This document shows positions 34,009-45,075 of a stretch of 64,000 bases of DNA, in pieces; positions within the stretch are counted from its first letter, which is position 1; every line of letters starts with the position of its first letter. A program made the translations under genes and the position numbers. Source of the stretch: Prasinococcaceae sp. CCMP 1430 (Eukaryota > Plantae > Prasinodermophyta); NCBI GenBank assembly GCA_013416795.1, contig RQSC01000032.1:281315-345314 (forward strand), in the 5' to 3' direction. The notes under the pieces were generated by a model that saw nothing but the letters and a program-made list of their open reading frames with translations, was not told the DNA's origin and made no database searches.

Positions 34009-37000
34009 ATGTCGCAGGCGAGCGAGGAGTACGAGGAGCCCTCGAGCGGATCCGAGGCCGAGTCGGAGGCCGAGTCGGAGCCCGAGTCCGACGAGGAGTC
34101 GGAGCCCGAGTCGGAGGATGAATCCGAGGAGGAGTACGCGGCCGATGAGGACGAAGACGAGGGGGATGACGACGAGGAAGAGTGCAGCGACGAAGACATG
34201 GAGGACTGCGTCGCACCCGCGCCCGCGAAGAAGAAGGCGCCGGCGGCCAAGGCCGCCGCCAAGGCCGCGCCAAAGGCCAAGGCCGCCGGTCGCCCCCCTG
34301 CCGCTGCGGGCAAGGCGATCGTCGCGCGCCTCGCCGAGAGGAAGGTCGCGCGGGGCGCGGCCGCGGCCCCGGCCGGAGGCACAGAGAGCGACGCCGCGCG
34401 CCGAGCGCGCAACATCGCGGCGATGCTCGCCGGCGCCGTGCAGACGCGCGCGTTGCCCGCGGCGGCGGGCCTGCGCGCGCCGCGCAAGGGCGAGGGCTCA
34501 TTCAAGCCCTTCAAGGCGCACGCGCACCTGGAGACGGCGGCGAGCATCGAGGCGCGCAAGACCAAGTCCATCGGCATCAAGCGCGCCAAGTTCCGTCCGT
34601 GGAACGGGCGCAGCTCGCCCGTGCCTCTGCCGTTCCTGTCGATGCTCAGGAAGGCCGAGCCCGAGCCCGAGGAGGCGGACGCCGAGGAAGAGGCCAAGGT
34701 GGAGAAGCCGTTCGAACCCCCGCCGCAGCCGCCGCTCGTCCTCTACGATCCCGCGGATGACCCCAACGCGCTGCCCGGAGCCAAGGTGGTCGAGGTGGAC
34801 GAGATGCTCTGCAGGTGGCTGCGGCCGCACCAGCGCGAGGGCACCAAGTTCCTCTTCGAATGTTGCGCTGGGCTCCGCGACTACAAGGGGTGTGGGTGCA
34901 TCCTTGCGGACGACATGGGCCTCGGCAAGACCCTGCAGGGCATCGCACTCCTGTGGACGCTGCTGAAGCAGGGACTCGACGGCAAGCCCATGATCCGCAA
35001 GGCCATCATCGTGTGCCCGACCAGCCTCGTGACCAACTGGGACTCCGAGGTGACCAAGTGGCTCAAGGGGCTTTGCAAGACGATCCCGCTCGCCGGAGTG
35101 AACCGCGAGGACGCGAATGCGAGCGTCGCGAACTTCCTGAGCCCGCGCAGCTTCGCGCAGGTGCTCATCGTGAGCTACGAGACGTTCCGCATCCACTCCG
35201 AGAAATTCCACAAGCGCGGCGAGGAGGCGTGCCAGCTTCTCATCTGCGACGAGGCGCACCGGCTGAAGAATGGCGACACGCAGACGAACATCAGCCTGCA
35301 CAAGCTCGCCACGCGCCGCCGCGTGCTGCTGAGTGGCACGCCTCTGCAGAACGACCTCAACGAGTTCTTTGCGATGATTGACTTCACCAACCCCGGCGTG
35401 CTCGGCGAGCAGAAGCGCTTCCGGCGCTACTTTCAGACGCCCATCCTGAACGGCCGCGAACCGGACGCCACGGCGAACGCGCGCTCGAAGGGCGAGGAGC
35501 GCTCGGCGGAGCTCAGCGACCTGGTGAACACGTTCATCCTGCGACGCACCAACACTCTGAACGCGAAATTCCTGCCGCCCAAGCTGATGACCATCGTGTG
35601 CGTCAACCTCACCAAACTGCAGAAGGACCTGTACGCGCACTTCCTGACGAACAAGGACGTCCAGCGCGACAACGACCGCGAGGACGGAGGCTCGCTCGTG
35701 AAGGTGCTGCCATACCTGAACGAGCTGCGCAAGCTGTGCAACCACCCGAAGATCGTGTACGACGGAGCGCGCGCGCGCATGCAGAGCCGCTCGAAGGAGC
35801 AGGACGACCATGCGGGCTTCGGCGCGGACGCCATGGAGCTCTTCGCGCCCTACGAGGCCACCCTGCAGGCCGCCGGGGGCTTCAACCGCAGCTCCAGCCG
35901 GCTCAACCCCCGCGGCGGCGCGCCCAAGAAGGTGGAGCAACTTGGCGGCGAGCACTCGTGGATCGAGCTGAGCGGCAAGTTCGCGGTGCTCGCCCGCATG
36001 CTGGCCGAGATGCGGCGCACGGGCGACGATCGCATCGTGGTCGTGTCGAATTTCACGCAGACCCTCGACGTGATCACGCAGCTGTGCAAGGACAACGGCT
36101 ACCCGTACGTGCGGCTCGATGGATCGGTCTCATTGAAGAAGCGCAAGAAGATGGTGGACGAGTTCAACGACCCAAATGCCAAGCAGTTCGTCTTCCTTCT
36201 CAGCAGCAAGGCAGGCGGCTGTGGCCTCAACCTGATCGGTGGCAACCGTCTGATTCTGTTCGACCCAGACTGGAACCCGGCGGTGGACAAGCAGGCCGCC
36301 GCCCGAGTGTGGCGCGAGGGCCAGAAGAAGGAGTGCTTCGTGTATCGATTCGTCTCAACCGGCACGGTGGAGGAGAAGATCTACCAGCGCCAGCTGTCGA
36401 AGGAGAAGCTGCAGGGCGTAGTCAATGGCAACGACATGACGACAGACATCGGCACCAGCGACCTTGCGGACCTGTTCATGCCGGTCGAGCCAGACACGAA
36501 GTCCACCACGTACGACCTGATCTGTGGCGAAGAGGGCGAGGACAAGGTGCGGCCGAGCCAGCTTGGCTACAAGCCCCAGGAAGGCGCGCCGCTGGAGGAG
36601 GACCTCGCAGAATGGGCCCACCACCCCACGCTGAAAACACTGCCGGACGAGGTCATGCAACGCGCCGGCGGCGATGACGTGTCCTTTGTGTTCGCCTGCC
36701 GGGTCGACGGTGAGTTCATGGCACTGCAGAAGGAGATGGCCGACAAGAAAGTCGCCCTTGACAAGGAGAATAAGGCCGCCCAAGCGAAGGACGCCACAGC
36801 CAAGATGGCCGCCAAGGCCGATGAGGACCAAGGCGCCGCGGGAGGCAAGCGCAAGCCGCTCGCTGACGCGGATGGCGCCGGGGCCCGGAAGCGCCGAAGC
36901 GACGAGGGCGCCGAAGCCGCGCTCGCGCGCTCATCAGAGGTTGAAATGGCCGAGCAGGAGTCGCCCGAGAACTTCAGCGAGGACGACTTGGCGCTCGAGC

Positions 37001-37203
37001 TCGAACCTGCGCGCGCCGCGCGCGGTGGCAAGGCCGTCGAAGTCGTCGAGCTGAGCGACGACGACGAAGAGGCCGTGCCGAACTCCAGTGACGAGGAGGA
37101 CGAAGGCGAGGACGCGTCGGAGGTCGCGTCAGATGACGACACCGAGCCCGAGTCGTCTGAGGAGGAGACTGACGACAGCGACGATGACGATTTTGCGTCG
37201 TGA
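34009..37203 (+). CDS. RAD54: RAD54 SNF2-family DNA translocase
   Basis: LRPHQREGTKFLFEC, GCILADDMGLGKTLQ, ICDEAHRLKN, LLSGTPLQNDLNEFF, FILRRT, FVFLLSSKAGGCGLNLIGGNRLILFDPDWNPA.DKQAAARVWREGQKK. Confidence 0.95.
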   Translation: MSQASEEYEEPSSGSEAESEAESEPESDEESEPESEDESEEEYAADEDEDEGDDDEEECSDEDMEDCVAPAPAKKKAPAAKAAAKAAPKAKAAGRPPAAAGKAIVARLAERKVARGAAAAPAGGTESDAARRARNIAAMLAGAVQTRALPAAAGLRAPRKGEGSFKPFKAHAHLETAASIEARKTKSIGIKRAKFRPWNGRSSPVPLPFLSMLRKAEPEPEEADAEEEAKVEKPFEPPPQPPLVLYDPADDPNALPGAKVVEVDEMLCRWLRPHQREGTKFLFECCAGLRDYKGCGCILADDMGLGKTLQGIALLWTLLKQGLDGKPMIRKAIIVCPTSLVTNWDSEVTKWLKGLCKTIPLAGVNREDANASVANFLSPRSFAQVLIVSYETFRIHSEKFHKRGEEACQLLICDEAHRLKNGDTQTNISLHKLATRRRVLLSGTPLQNDLNEFFAMIDFTNPGVLGEQKRFRRYFQTPILNGREPDATANARSKGEERSAELSDLVNTFILRRTNTLNAKFLPPKLMTIVCVNLTKLQKDLYAHFLTNKDVQRDNDREDGGSLVKVLPYLNELRKLCNHPKIVYDGARARMQSRSKEQDDHAGFGADAMELFAPYEATLQAAGGFNRSSSRLNPRGGAPKKVEQLGGEHSWIELSGKFAVLARMLAEMRRTGDDRIVVVSNFTQTLDVITQLCKDNGYPYVRLDGSVSLKKRKKMVDEFNDPNAKQFVFLLSSKAGGCGLNLIGGNRLILFDPDWNPAVDKQAAARVWREGQKKECFVYRFVSTGTVEEKIYQRQLSKEKLQGVVNGNDMTTDIGTSDLADLFMPVEPDTKSTTYDLICGEEGEDKVRPSQLGYKPQEGAPLEEDLAEWAHHPTLKTLPDEVMQRAGGDDVSFVFACRVDGEFMALQKEMADKKVALDKENKAAQAKDATAKMAAKADEDQGAAGGKRKPLADADGAGARKRRSDEGAEAALARSSEVEMAEQESPENFSEDDLALELEPARAARGGKAVEVVELSDDDEEAVPNSSDEEDEGEDASEVASDDDTEPESSEEETDDSDDDDFAS

Positions 37204-37446
37204 GGACGCATGCGCATGGCATGGACGCCGCCCTGGTCCCTGCCGACCCACAGAACCACGCGAACCCCCTAATAGCGACGACGACGACGACACGGCGCGC
37301 TGTCACTGTCGCACATGACACTAACCAGCCCCGTGCCTCATGGCACGCATATGTGATCCTGCAGGCGCGTCAGAACCTACCTGCCACGTGTGTAAATTAC
37401 CTGCTACAGTATGAGCCACGCGTGCGCCACCGCGACTATTGCGCTC

Positions 37447-38510
37447 TCAATAGGGCGAGTACCCGCGCCCGCGCCCGCGCCCGTATCCCCCGAACCTGCC
37501 ACGGCCGCGACCGCGCCCGAAGCGCCCGCGCCCGCGCCCGCCGCCGCGCCCGCCCCTCATGCCCGGTGTGTTGGTACGCTTGGCCGATACCTGCGAGGGA
37601 GACGGCGCAGTCGAGCGGGTGGGCGGTCAGCGGCGTGCACGAGCGGTCGCGCCAGCACACATCGCTCGCGCACTAAGCGCGCTGCTCACCCTCAGCTGCC
37701 TCCCATGCAGCTCGCTCTCCGCCAGCAGAAGCGCGTTCGCAACGGCGTCGGGCTCGAGGAACTCGACGTACGCGAAGCCCTGCAGCGCGGGAGGCGGTGG
37801 CGCGCGCGGTGCTCGAAAGTCAGCACGCGCACCTCATCGCGAGGCTGAAAAGCGAGGCATCACCGTGCGCGCGCCCACACAGGCGTGCGCTCGCGCTCCC
37901 GAGAGCGCATCGGTTCAGAGTGGTGCATGAGGTTATCTGCAGTGCCGGACGCCTGCCCCGCCTCAGATCAGGTCTGTAATAGGTGTAGGTTGTTCATCGC
38001 CACCGATGCTTGCTCTCGCGCGCGCGGCGTTGTCCGTCGGGCGGCGCACGCCCACGCGCGCGCGCACGCCTCGCCCAGGACCACGCCATCGCACTCACCT
38101 TGGGGTTGCCGAACCTGTCGCTGAGGATGGTGACGCGGTTCACCGTGCCGCAGCTCTGGAAGTGCACCTGCAGCTCCTCGGGTGTGACGGCGTAGTCCAC
38201 GTTGCCCACGTACACAGAGCGCGCATCCACCTCCTCGCGCGACGCCGCGTTGGCGCCGGCGGCGCCGCCCTCGCCCTCGCCTGCCGCCTTGTCTGTGCCC
38301 ATCTCCTGCTCCACCTTGTTCTGCATTTCCTGCAGCTTGGCAGCCTCCGCCTCCATCTCCTTCAAGCGCGCCTTCATGGTCTCGAGATCCTCCTCATCGT
38401 CGTCGTCATCCTCGTCGGCGGCAGCCGCGGCGCCATCCGCTGCGGCGGCCTCCTCGTCGGCGGCCGCCGCGGGCTCCTCCTCCTCCTCAGCCGCTTCGTA
38501 GTCGACCTCT
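37447..38510 (-). CDS. PABPN1: Nuclear poly(A)-binding protein PABPN1; exons ~38510-38099, 37779-37690, 37590-37447; first exon unresolved (N at 38590)
   Basis: Acidic N-terminus, coiled coil [32 protein letters not shown]...[16 protein letters not shown]|[17 protein letters not shown]-rich tail ending GYSPY*. Confidence 0.92.
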
Positions 38511-38942
38511 GTGTCCCGCACGCATGCGCGCGCGGCACGGGCGCGGCGCCGCAGCGGCCGGCGATGCGGGCAGAGGCGCGCGACGCGGGNCGCTCCCGAC
38601 GGAATCCGTTGCAGCATGGCAATGGCGCGCGCCGCCGGGGGAGGGACGTGGGTGAGGGGGCGACGAGGGGGGGGGGAAGGGGCAAGGGCGTGGCGTGTGC
38701 GGGCGCGCGCGCGGGGGAAGGGGGGTCGCGAGCGAGCGAGCGAGCGGGGGAGCGGCGCGGAGAGGCCCTCGCACACCTGCGCGGTTTACAGCTCCGCGGC
38801 CTCGGCGGCGGCGGCGGCGGCCCGCGCCGCGCGGGAGCGCGAGCGCGCCCGCGCTCGCTCAAGCATGTGCGCATGCTCCCGCTCGAGCTGGCGCAGTGCG
38901 CGCAGGCGGCCAGCGGGGCTGGCCAGCCCTGTGCTGAGTGCT

Positions 38943-39768
38943 TTAGTTGGCCTTGGCCTTGCCGGTCGACGGCTTGCGGTCGAAGAGGAACACGAAGAGA
39001 CCAGCAACCAGCAGCGAGAACTGGAGGACGAGCGCCTCCGGCTTGTCGCCCATGGCGGTCATGTGGAAGTGGATCGCTCCGGCCATGAGGGAGGTCAGGA
39101 TGAACGCTCCCGCCTCGGGATTAACCCAGAGGAGGAAGTAACCAAGCAGCTCGGCCGCGCCGATGATCTTCATCATCTGATAGTTGTTGGATTCGTCGCA
39201 CGCGAATGCGAAGTCGTCCGGCAAGGGGAGGCCCGCTTCGCGCAGCTGGCCGAGAACGCCGTTGCCCCAGGGCGCCCACCCGTGCTCGCACCACGCTTTC
39301 TGCTCCGCCGTGTTTGCTGTGCACCCGAATGGCGCGGCGTTCGCATTTGGTGGAGGGGTGATAGTGTGAGGTGGGGAATGGGACCGTGTCAGCGCCGCCG
39401 CACGCGTACCACATACCAATCACGCCCGCGAGCGCGCACACGCATACGAGCACGCGCACGCTCGTACGCAGCAGGTCGCGCTGGAGCGGCCGCTGCAAGC
39501 GCATGCTTGCGGCACCTCGCGGCAGGGACACAGGGGTCATGATGGAACGGCGGCCTGCCTATCCGCACACCCGCCTGCGCCCCGCGCCGCCCCCGCCCGC
39601 GCGCCACGCACCGCTCGGCGCACAGTCGCCCGGCTGGCCGATCGCCACCGGGCACAGCGGCGCGTCGCAGCCGAGCACTGGCATCTCGTACTTGCACGCC
39701 GCGCTGCGCAGGTAGATGCCCAGCGGCACGAGCTTTAGGACGACCAGGAGCATTCCCTTCATGCCCAT
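38943..39768 (-). CDS. Small DoxX-like multi-pass membrane protein; exons 39768-39612 and 39316-38943
   Basis: TM1 LLVVLKLVPLGIYLRSAACK; Cys-rich loop; KIIGAAELLGYFLLW..AFILTSLMAGAIHFH..GD; phase-1 GT/AG intron joins the frames. Confidence 0.6.
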
Positions 39769-39835
39769 GGCTGCGGCCGGTGGGTGGGTAGGAGGGGGGG
39801 GGCTGTCAGGCAAGTGTGCTGCGGACCAGGAGCGT

Positions 39836-39837
<2 letters not shown>

Positions 39838-39889
<52 letters not shown>
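39838..39889 (+). repeat. 52-nt G homopolymer
   Basis: Direct reading of the sequence. Confidence 0.9.
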
Positions 39890-39890
<1 letters not shown>

Positions 39891-39925
39891 GCTGCCGCGC
39901 GCGCCAAGTGTGGCGGTGCCCGCAC

Positions 39926-40107
39926 AAAAAGCGCGCGCTGGCGGCTCCACCGCAGGCCGGGTTCGAACCCGCACGCTAGACCCGGGCGCGCGCCCAGTAC
40001 ATCGGCCCTTGCGTTCGTACGAACCTGGTATAGTGCGCGCACCCCCGGGGTGCAGAGCGCATGAGTCTCAGCAGACTGTGGCTTGGCGAGCACTAGGAGC
40101 TAGCAGA
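39926..40107 (-). ncRNA. Candidate structured Pol III-type / tRNA-like ncRNA of unknown family
   Basis: B-box/T-loop GGTTCGAACCC near the 3' end, TTTTT terminator at 39930-39926, 5'/3' terminal pairing (ctgctagctcc/ggagccgccag), several perfect palindromes, AT-rich TATA-like tract upstream. Confidence 0.35.
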
Positions 40108-40357
40108 TAATTTTAAACCCTATATGATAAACCGAAAGAGATCGCAACCGAAACTTCCGTACGTTGTCATGTGTCGGTGGGAGGCGTCGCCGCGCCACAG
40201 CTGCACAGCAGGGGGGCGTGCGGGGGTGGGCGGGGTGGGTGGGTGAGGATGGCGGCCGCGGCGTGCGGACATCGTTGGGAGCCGCCGGAACTGGCGCCCG
40301 CGCGGCGGGGGCCGCCGCGGCAGCACGCGGCGGGCGCCGCCGGCAAGGGCGACGGCG

Positions 40358-41406
40358 GTGGCGGCGGACGCCGACCCGCCGGACTGGTGGCTCGCGGCGG
40401 CCGCAGAAGCCGACGCCTACGCGTCAGCAGCAGCCGCTGTGACGTCGCGGGTGGTGGACGGCGACGACATTGTCGCGGACGTCGCTGCGATCATGGCTGC
40501 CGCCGCCGAGCGCGGTGAATTTGAGGAGGGCGACACCGATACGCTACTGGGTGCCGCGGGCAGCGATGCGGTAGCAGCGGCTGCCGACGCGGCTGCGGCC
40601 GCCCTTGCAGATGCTGGTGGTGGCGAAGAGCTCCAGTCGGCTCTCTTCGCCTCTGCCGCGGCGTGGCTCCTCGAGCGCGCGATTGACACCGAGGCAGGGG
40701 CAGAATCGCCCTCCAGTGCCGACGAGCGTCCCGCTGTCGGCGCTGACGAGGACATTGCGCTGGCCGAATCGATTGCGACCGACCTGATTGCTGAGAACGA
40801 CAGGTCAAGCGGTGCGGAAGGGGTGGGCGGCAGCGAAGAGGCTTCGTCGCAAGACCGGGTCGCAGCAGACCCAGTCGAGGGGTCCATTGCAGGCGTGAGG
40901 CGCTCCGCCGCGGCGCTCGCAGCACTGCTCGGGGTGAAAGGCGCCGCTGCCGCCTACATCTGCGCAGCGGTGGGGTGCGGAAGCGCCGCATCCGCCCTCG
41001 CGCGCGCTGCGCTGCTGTCGACTATCGCTGAGGAAGGCGCAGAGGACGCGCGCCGCCAAGCGGCCGCCGAGGCCGTCTCCGCTGCTGGTGCGTGGCCCGC
41101 CCGTGTACGCACGTGCGTGCGCGCGCGTGCGTGCCATTGTCTGGGGCCACGACTAACTGCGCGCGACGCCTCCTCTCGCACACCACCCTTGCCATCCCAG
41201 CACACATGCCACCGCTCGAAGAACACATCCAGGCTGCTACCGCCAACCTCATGCCATACCTCGGCGATGACGCATCTGTCGCTAAGGAGCGTGCCGCCAG
41301 CATTGCCGCCGAGGCGGAGCTAACCGCCGCAAAGGGCACGGCCGGCGCGGCTGACGAGGCCAACGCCGCTGTCGCTGCGGTGCGCGCCATGCTCGGGATG
41401 GAATGA
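40358..41406 (+). CDS. Hypothetical Ala/acidic protein, probably two exons (intron ~41089-41200); start unresolved
   Basis: Open frame with native codon bias; second exon ends ...AVAAVRAMLGME*; no domain recognised. Confidence 0.4.
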
Positions 41407-41739
41407 CGGGCGCGAGGGCAAGCGCGCGGCAGGTGGCAGCTCCCAATCAGTATCACTGTTGGTTCGTGAGAGGCCCTCTTACTTGCGCACGCTCGCGCGC
41501 GCGCAGAGGTGACGAGGGCGCCAAAAAAAAGGGCAATGCTCTTGCGAAGTCGCCGCCGAATTCTGTAAATAATCGAAACGCGCTCCTCGGTGTTATTCGT
41601 TCCGTTTGTCGCGTTCCACGTCCAATCGCGATAAGTCCCTCCTGGTAGTTTGTATGTGCGCCGTGCCGAGCTGGAGCGCTGCAGCTGCGGCGTAGCCGGA
41701 TCATCAATGCGCTGATCTGCACCGCGCGGCGTGTGGCAG

Positions 41740-42797
41740 CTACAACGAGGGGAAGTCGTCCACCCTCATCTCGAACGCCCGCTGCGCCGCCCGCTTGCTC
41801 GCCTTCGCCCGGCGGTCGGCCAGCGCGCCGTTCTCCCCCCTGGATGATGCAGTGGTGAGCGGCTCGCGCGACTTGGGATGCGATGCCGAGCCCATGATCT
41901 GCGCGACTGTAGGCGGACGCCGAGCGGCGGCCGCGCGCTGTGCCCACGACACGGGCACCTGTGAGTCCGCGTCGGATCCGGCAGAGCCCACACTGCCCTC
42001 GGACGCGGCGCTGTCGGACACGACGCTCCCGTTGACGGACGGCCCGATGGGCAACGGCAGGCTCTCGACCGCCCCCGCGTCGCTGCTGGCCTCGCTGCGG
42101 CACATTTCCGGCCACGCGGCACCCAGATCATTAATTACCCCCGGCCAGCCCTGCTGCGATCCACCCAGCGACGCCGCCCCCGTGACTGCCTCGCCCACCT
42201 CGCTCGACGCAGAGCTGCCCGGGCACGCACCGCCGTCGCTCCCCGCGGTCGATGGCGCACTGCTGCTGAGGCTCAGGCCGTCAGAGCCGGTAAACGGCAG
42301 TGGCGGCAGCACGGACGTCTCATCGTCCTCATCCCGCGTCTTGGACGACTGCAGTATGTTGCTGTATGTCGCTGAGACGGGCGCGGCCGGCTGGGGAGCC
42401 GCATCGAAGTCGAGCTCCTTGCTCACGCGCTTGGGCGAGCGTCGGGCGACGTTCAGCCATACGCCCGCAGGAGCAGCGGCGCTTTGAAGCGAGTCATCCC
42501 CGTTCGCGGGCGCGGCCGCCTCCTCTTCGCCATCATCGCGCGCCTGCACAAACGCCATGGGCGTCTCCGCCCGCTCCCAGCCCTCAGGGGTGCCACGCTG
42601 CGCCTCCTTCGCGAGCTCCGCGGCGCTCTGTCGCGGATGCGCCTTCAGCGCCGCCGGCACCACCTTGGCCGCAGCCAGCTGCGCCCAGGTGCCCGAGATC
42701 TCTTTCTTCTCCTTCGTCGGACTGCTGCCCACAGTGGGGAAGAGGCCGCGCCGCACCGGCACCTGTGCAGCGCTCACGCTGTCGACGGCGGCCGCGT

Positions 42798-42838
<41 letters not shown>

Positions 42839-44007
42839 TCGCCCAGCTCCTGCGCGTTGATCGATGGCGGCCGCTTCTTCTCACCCGTCGGCGACAGTCC
42901 CAGCGACGGCATGCTGCTCGACGCGCTCGTCCGCACAGGGCGCGGTGGCAAGTTGTTCTTGGCGCTGAAGCGCGCGGCGCGTGCCTGCACGAACGACGGG
43001 GCGTTGGCCGCCACGTCGTCGACGCCACCCATCTCAACGCGCTCCTCCTCGTCCGCTTGCGACGCGTGCTGCCTGCAGCGCCTCAGCGTCGAGGCGAAAA
43101 AGCTGCCCTCGAGCTCGGCCGCCACGTCCAGCCCCGCCGGGCCGCTCAGGCAGCGGCTCAGCCACCTGTTGCCAGCGGCGAACGCGCGCCGGATGCGGTA
43201 CATGTTTGACTTGCTCACGCTACGCCCGAGGTTGTTGAACGGCAGCAGAGGGTCCACGATATTAACCTGCTTCCACCTGAAGCTCTTGCGATCCGAGGTG
43301 CCCGCCTTGGACGAGTCGGTGCCGTCGCTCGTGTGATCGGCGGCACAGCCAGGCAGCACTGCGTACTTGGCCGCTGCCTCCTTGAGGAACGTGCCAAGCC
43401 CCGGCAGCCCACGCGCGCCCTCCACCAGTCCCGGTGGGCCGAGCGGCTCGCCGTCCTCGCCGCCGACCGCCACCGGCCCGGCGAGCGAGATGCCGCGCGC
43501 CTCCCAGTCGAACGTCGCAAAGTACCCAAGCATCGCGTGCAGCACGTCGAGGGGCGTCTCCAGGCCCTCCCCGAAGTGGTTGAAGGTATACAGCACGAGC
43601 GTCTCGATCGCGTAGGTCGAGAGCAGCGCGTGGTGCGCGCCCAGCACCCGGCTCTCGTAGAAGCACCATGACTTGACGAGCAGCACGCTGCGCTTGAACA
43701 GGTTGTCGCGCCCGATGAACTCGTCCGCGGCGTCCAGGAAGAGCAGCCCACACAGCCCCCCGGCGCTGTTGACGCTGACGTCGACCACCAGGTCCTCCAC
43801 TTCGATCTTCACCAGCTTCACCTCTGCGTTGATGAGCGTCACCTGCCCCAGCGAGAACGGCGGGTTGGACAGCCGCGCGCGCTCCACCGCCTGCACGAGC
43901 CGCTGCGCCCAGCCCTCGGGCGCGCGCGCCTCCGGAAACACCGCTGTCAAGTCAACGTCGCCGTCCGGCAGGAAGCACTTCAGCGGCACCGACCCGAACG
44001 CGAACAC
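41740..44007 (-). CDS. Plant-type non-canonical poly(A) polymerase/nucleotidyltransferase (Pol-beta fold + PAP/OAS1 substrate-binding domain); 5' exon(s) upstream or in the gap
   Basis: FGSVPLKCFLPDGDVDLT (GS..DxD), INAEVKLVKI.VEDLVVDVS.N, LFKRSVLLVKSWCFYESRVLGAHHALLSTYAIETLVLY, NIVDPLLPFNNLGRSVSK. Confidence 0.9.
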
Positions 44008-44406
44008 CTACGAGCGCGAAGTGGGCAGGATGGGGGGGGGGGGGAGGGACTCGGTCAGCGGCGGCGGGGTCTACGGAGCGAGCGCGAGCTCCAGCAGCGC
44101 CGTTTGCGGCGGGCGCGAGCCCACGCAGAGCTCGCAACAGGGCCCGCGCCCTCCGTGTGCTCGCGGCCCCACGGCCGCCGTTCAAACCGCTCCGCGCCTG
44201 CGGCAGCGCGGCGCGCTCGCGCGCGCCGGCGGCGCAGCGGCGGCTGTGAAGAGCGCGCCCTCCTCTTCGCCACCGCCTTCTCCGTTCGCACGGCAGCGCC
44301 ACGGCGCGGGTGGAGGGAGGGCGAGGGCGAGGGCGCAGGAACCAGCGAGGGCGGCACGCCTCTGCGCCGCCGCGCACGCCACCCGCCCCCCCCCCAAAAA
44401 AAAAAA

Positions 44407-44978
44407 NNNNNNNNNNNNNNNNNNNNNNNNNNNNNNNNNNNNNNNNNNNNNNNNNNNNNNNNNNNNNNNNNNNNNNNNNNNNNNNNNNNNNNNNNNNNNN
44501 NNNNNNNNNNNNNNNNNNNNNNNNNNNNNNNNNNNNNNNNNNNNNNNNNNNNNNNNNNNNNNNNNNNNNNNNNNNNNNNNNNNNNNNNNNNNNNNNNNNN
44601 NNNNNNNNNNNNNNNNNNNNNNNNNNNNNNNNNNNNNNNNNNNNNNNNNNNNNNNNNNNNNNNNNNNNNNNNNNNNNNNNNNNNNNNNNNNNNNNNNNNN
44701 NNNNNNNNNNNNNNNNNNNNNNNNNNNNNNNNNNNNNNNNNNNNNNNNNNNNNNNNNNNNNNNNNNNNNNNNNNNNNNNNNNNNNNNNNNNNNNNNNNNN
44801 NNNNNNNNNNNNNNNNNNNNNNNNNNNNNNNNNNNNNNNNNNNNNNNNNNNNNNNNNNNNNNNNNNNNNNNNNNNNNNNNNNNNNNNNNNNNNNNNNNNN
44901 NNNNNNNNNNNNNNNNNNNNNNNNNNNNNNNNNNNNNNNNNNNNNNNNNNNNNNNNNNNNNNNNNNNNNNNNNNNNNN
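44407..44978. other. Assembly gap (N run)
   Basis: 572 N flanked by A tracts. Confidence 1.
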
Positions 44979-45035
44979 AAAAAAAAAAAACGCGCAAAAA
45001 AAAAAAACGCAGGGAGATCCCAGATCGCGGCCCTG

Positions 45036-45075
45036 TTTAGGGTTCAAGGGTTTGTTGATGAGTGCATTTATACAT
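45036..45075 (-). promoter_or_regulatory. TATA box followed by telo-box(es); likely promoter of the nucleotidyltransferase gene
   Basis: Minus strand reads gtatataaatgc...aaacccttgaaccctaaacag just upstream of the gap. Confidence 0.4.

Noticed and set aside
37480-37500. Possible frameshift in the PABPN1 tail
   Set aside because: The five-G run keeps GRFGGYGRG...YSPY* in frame
45030-45060. Telomerase RNA template candidate (aaacccttgaaccctaaac)
   Set aside because: It sits ~25 nt before the T-run rather than near a 5' end and follows a TATA box; better explained as a promoter telo-box
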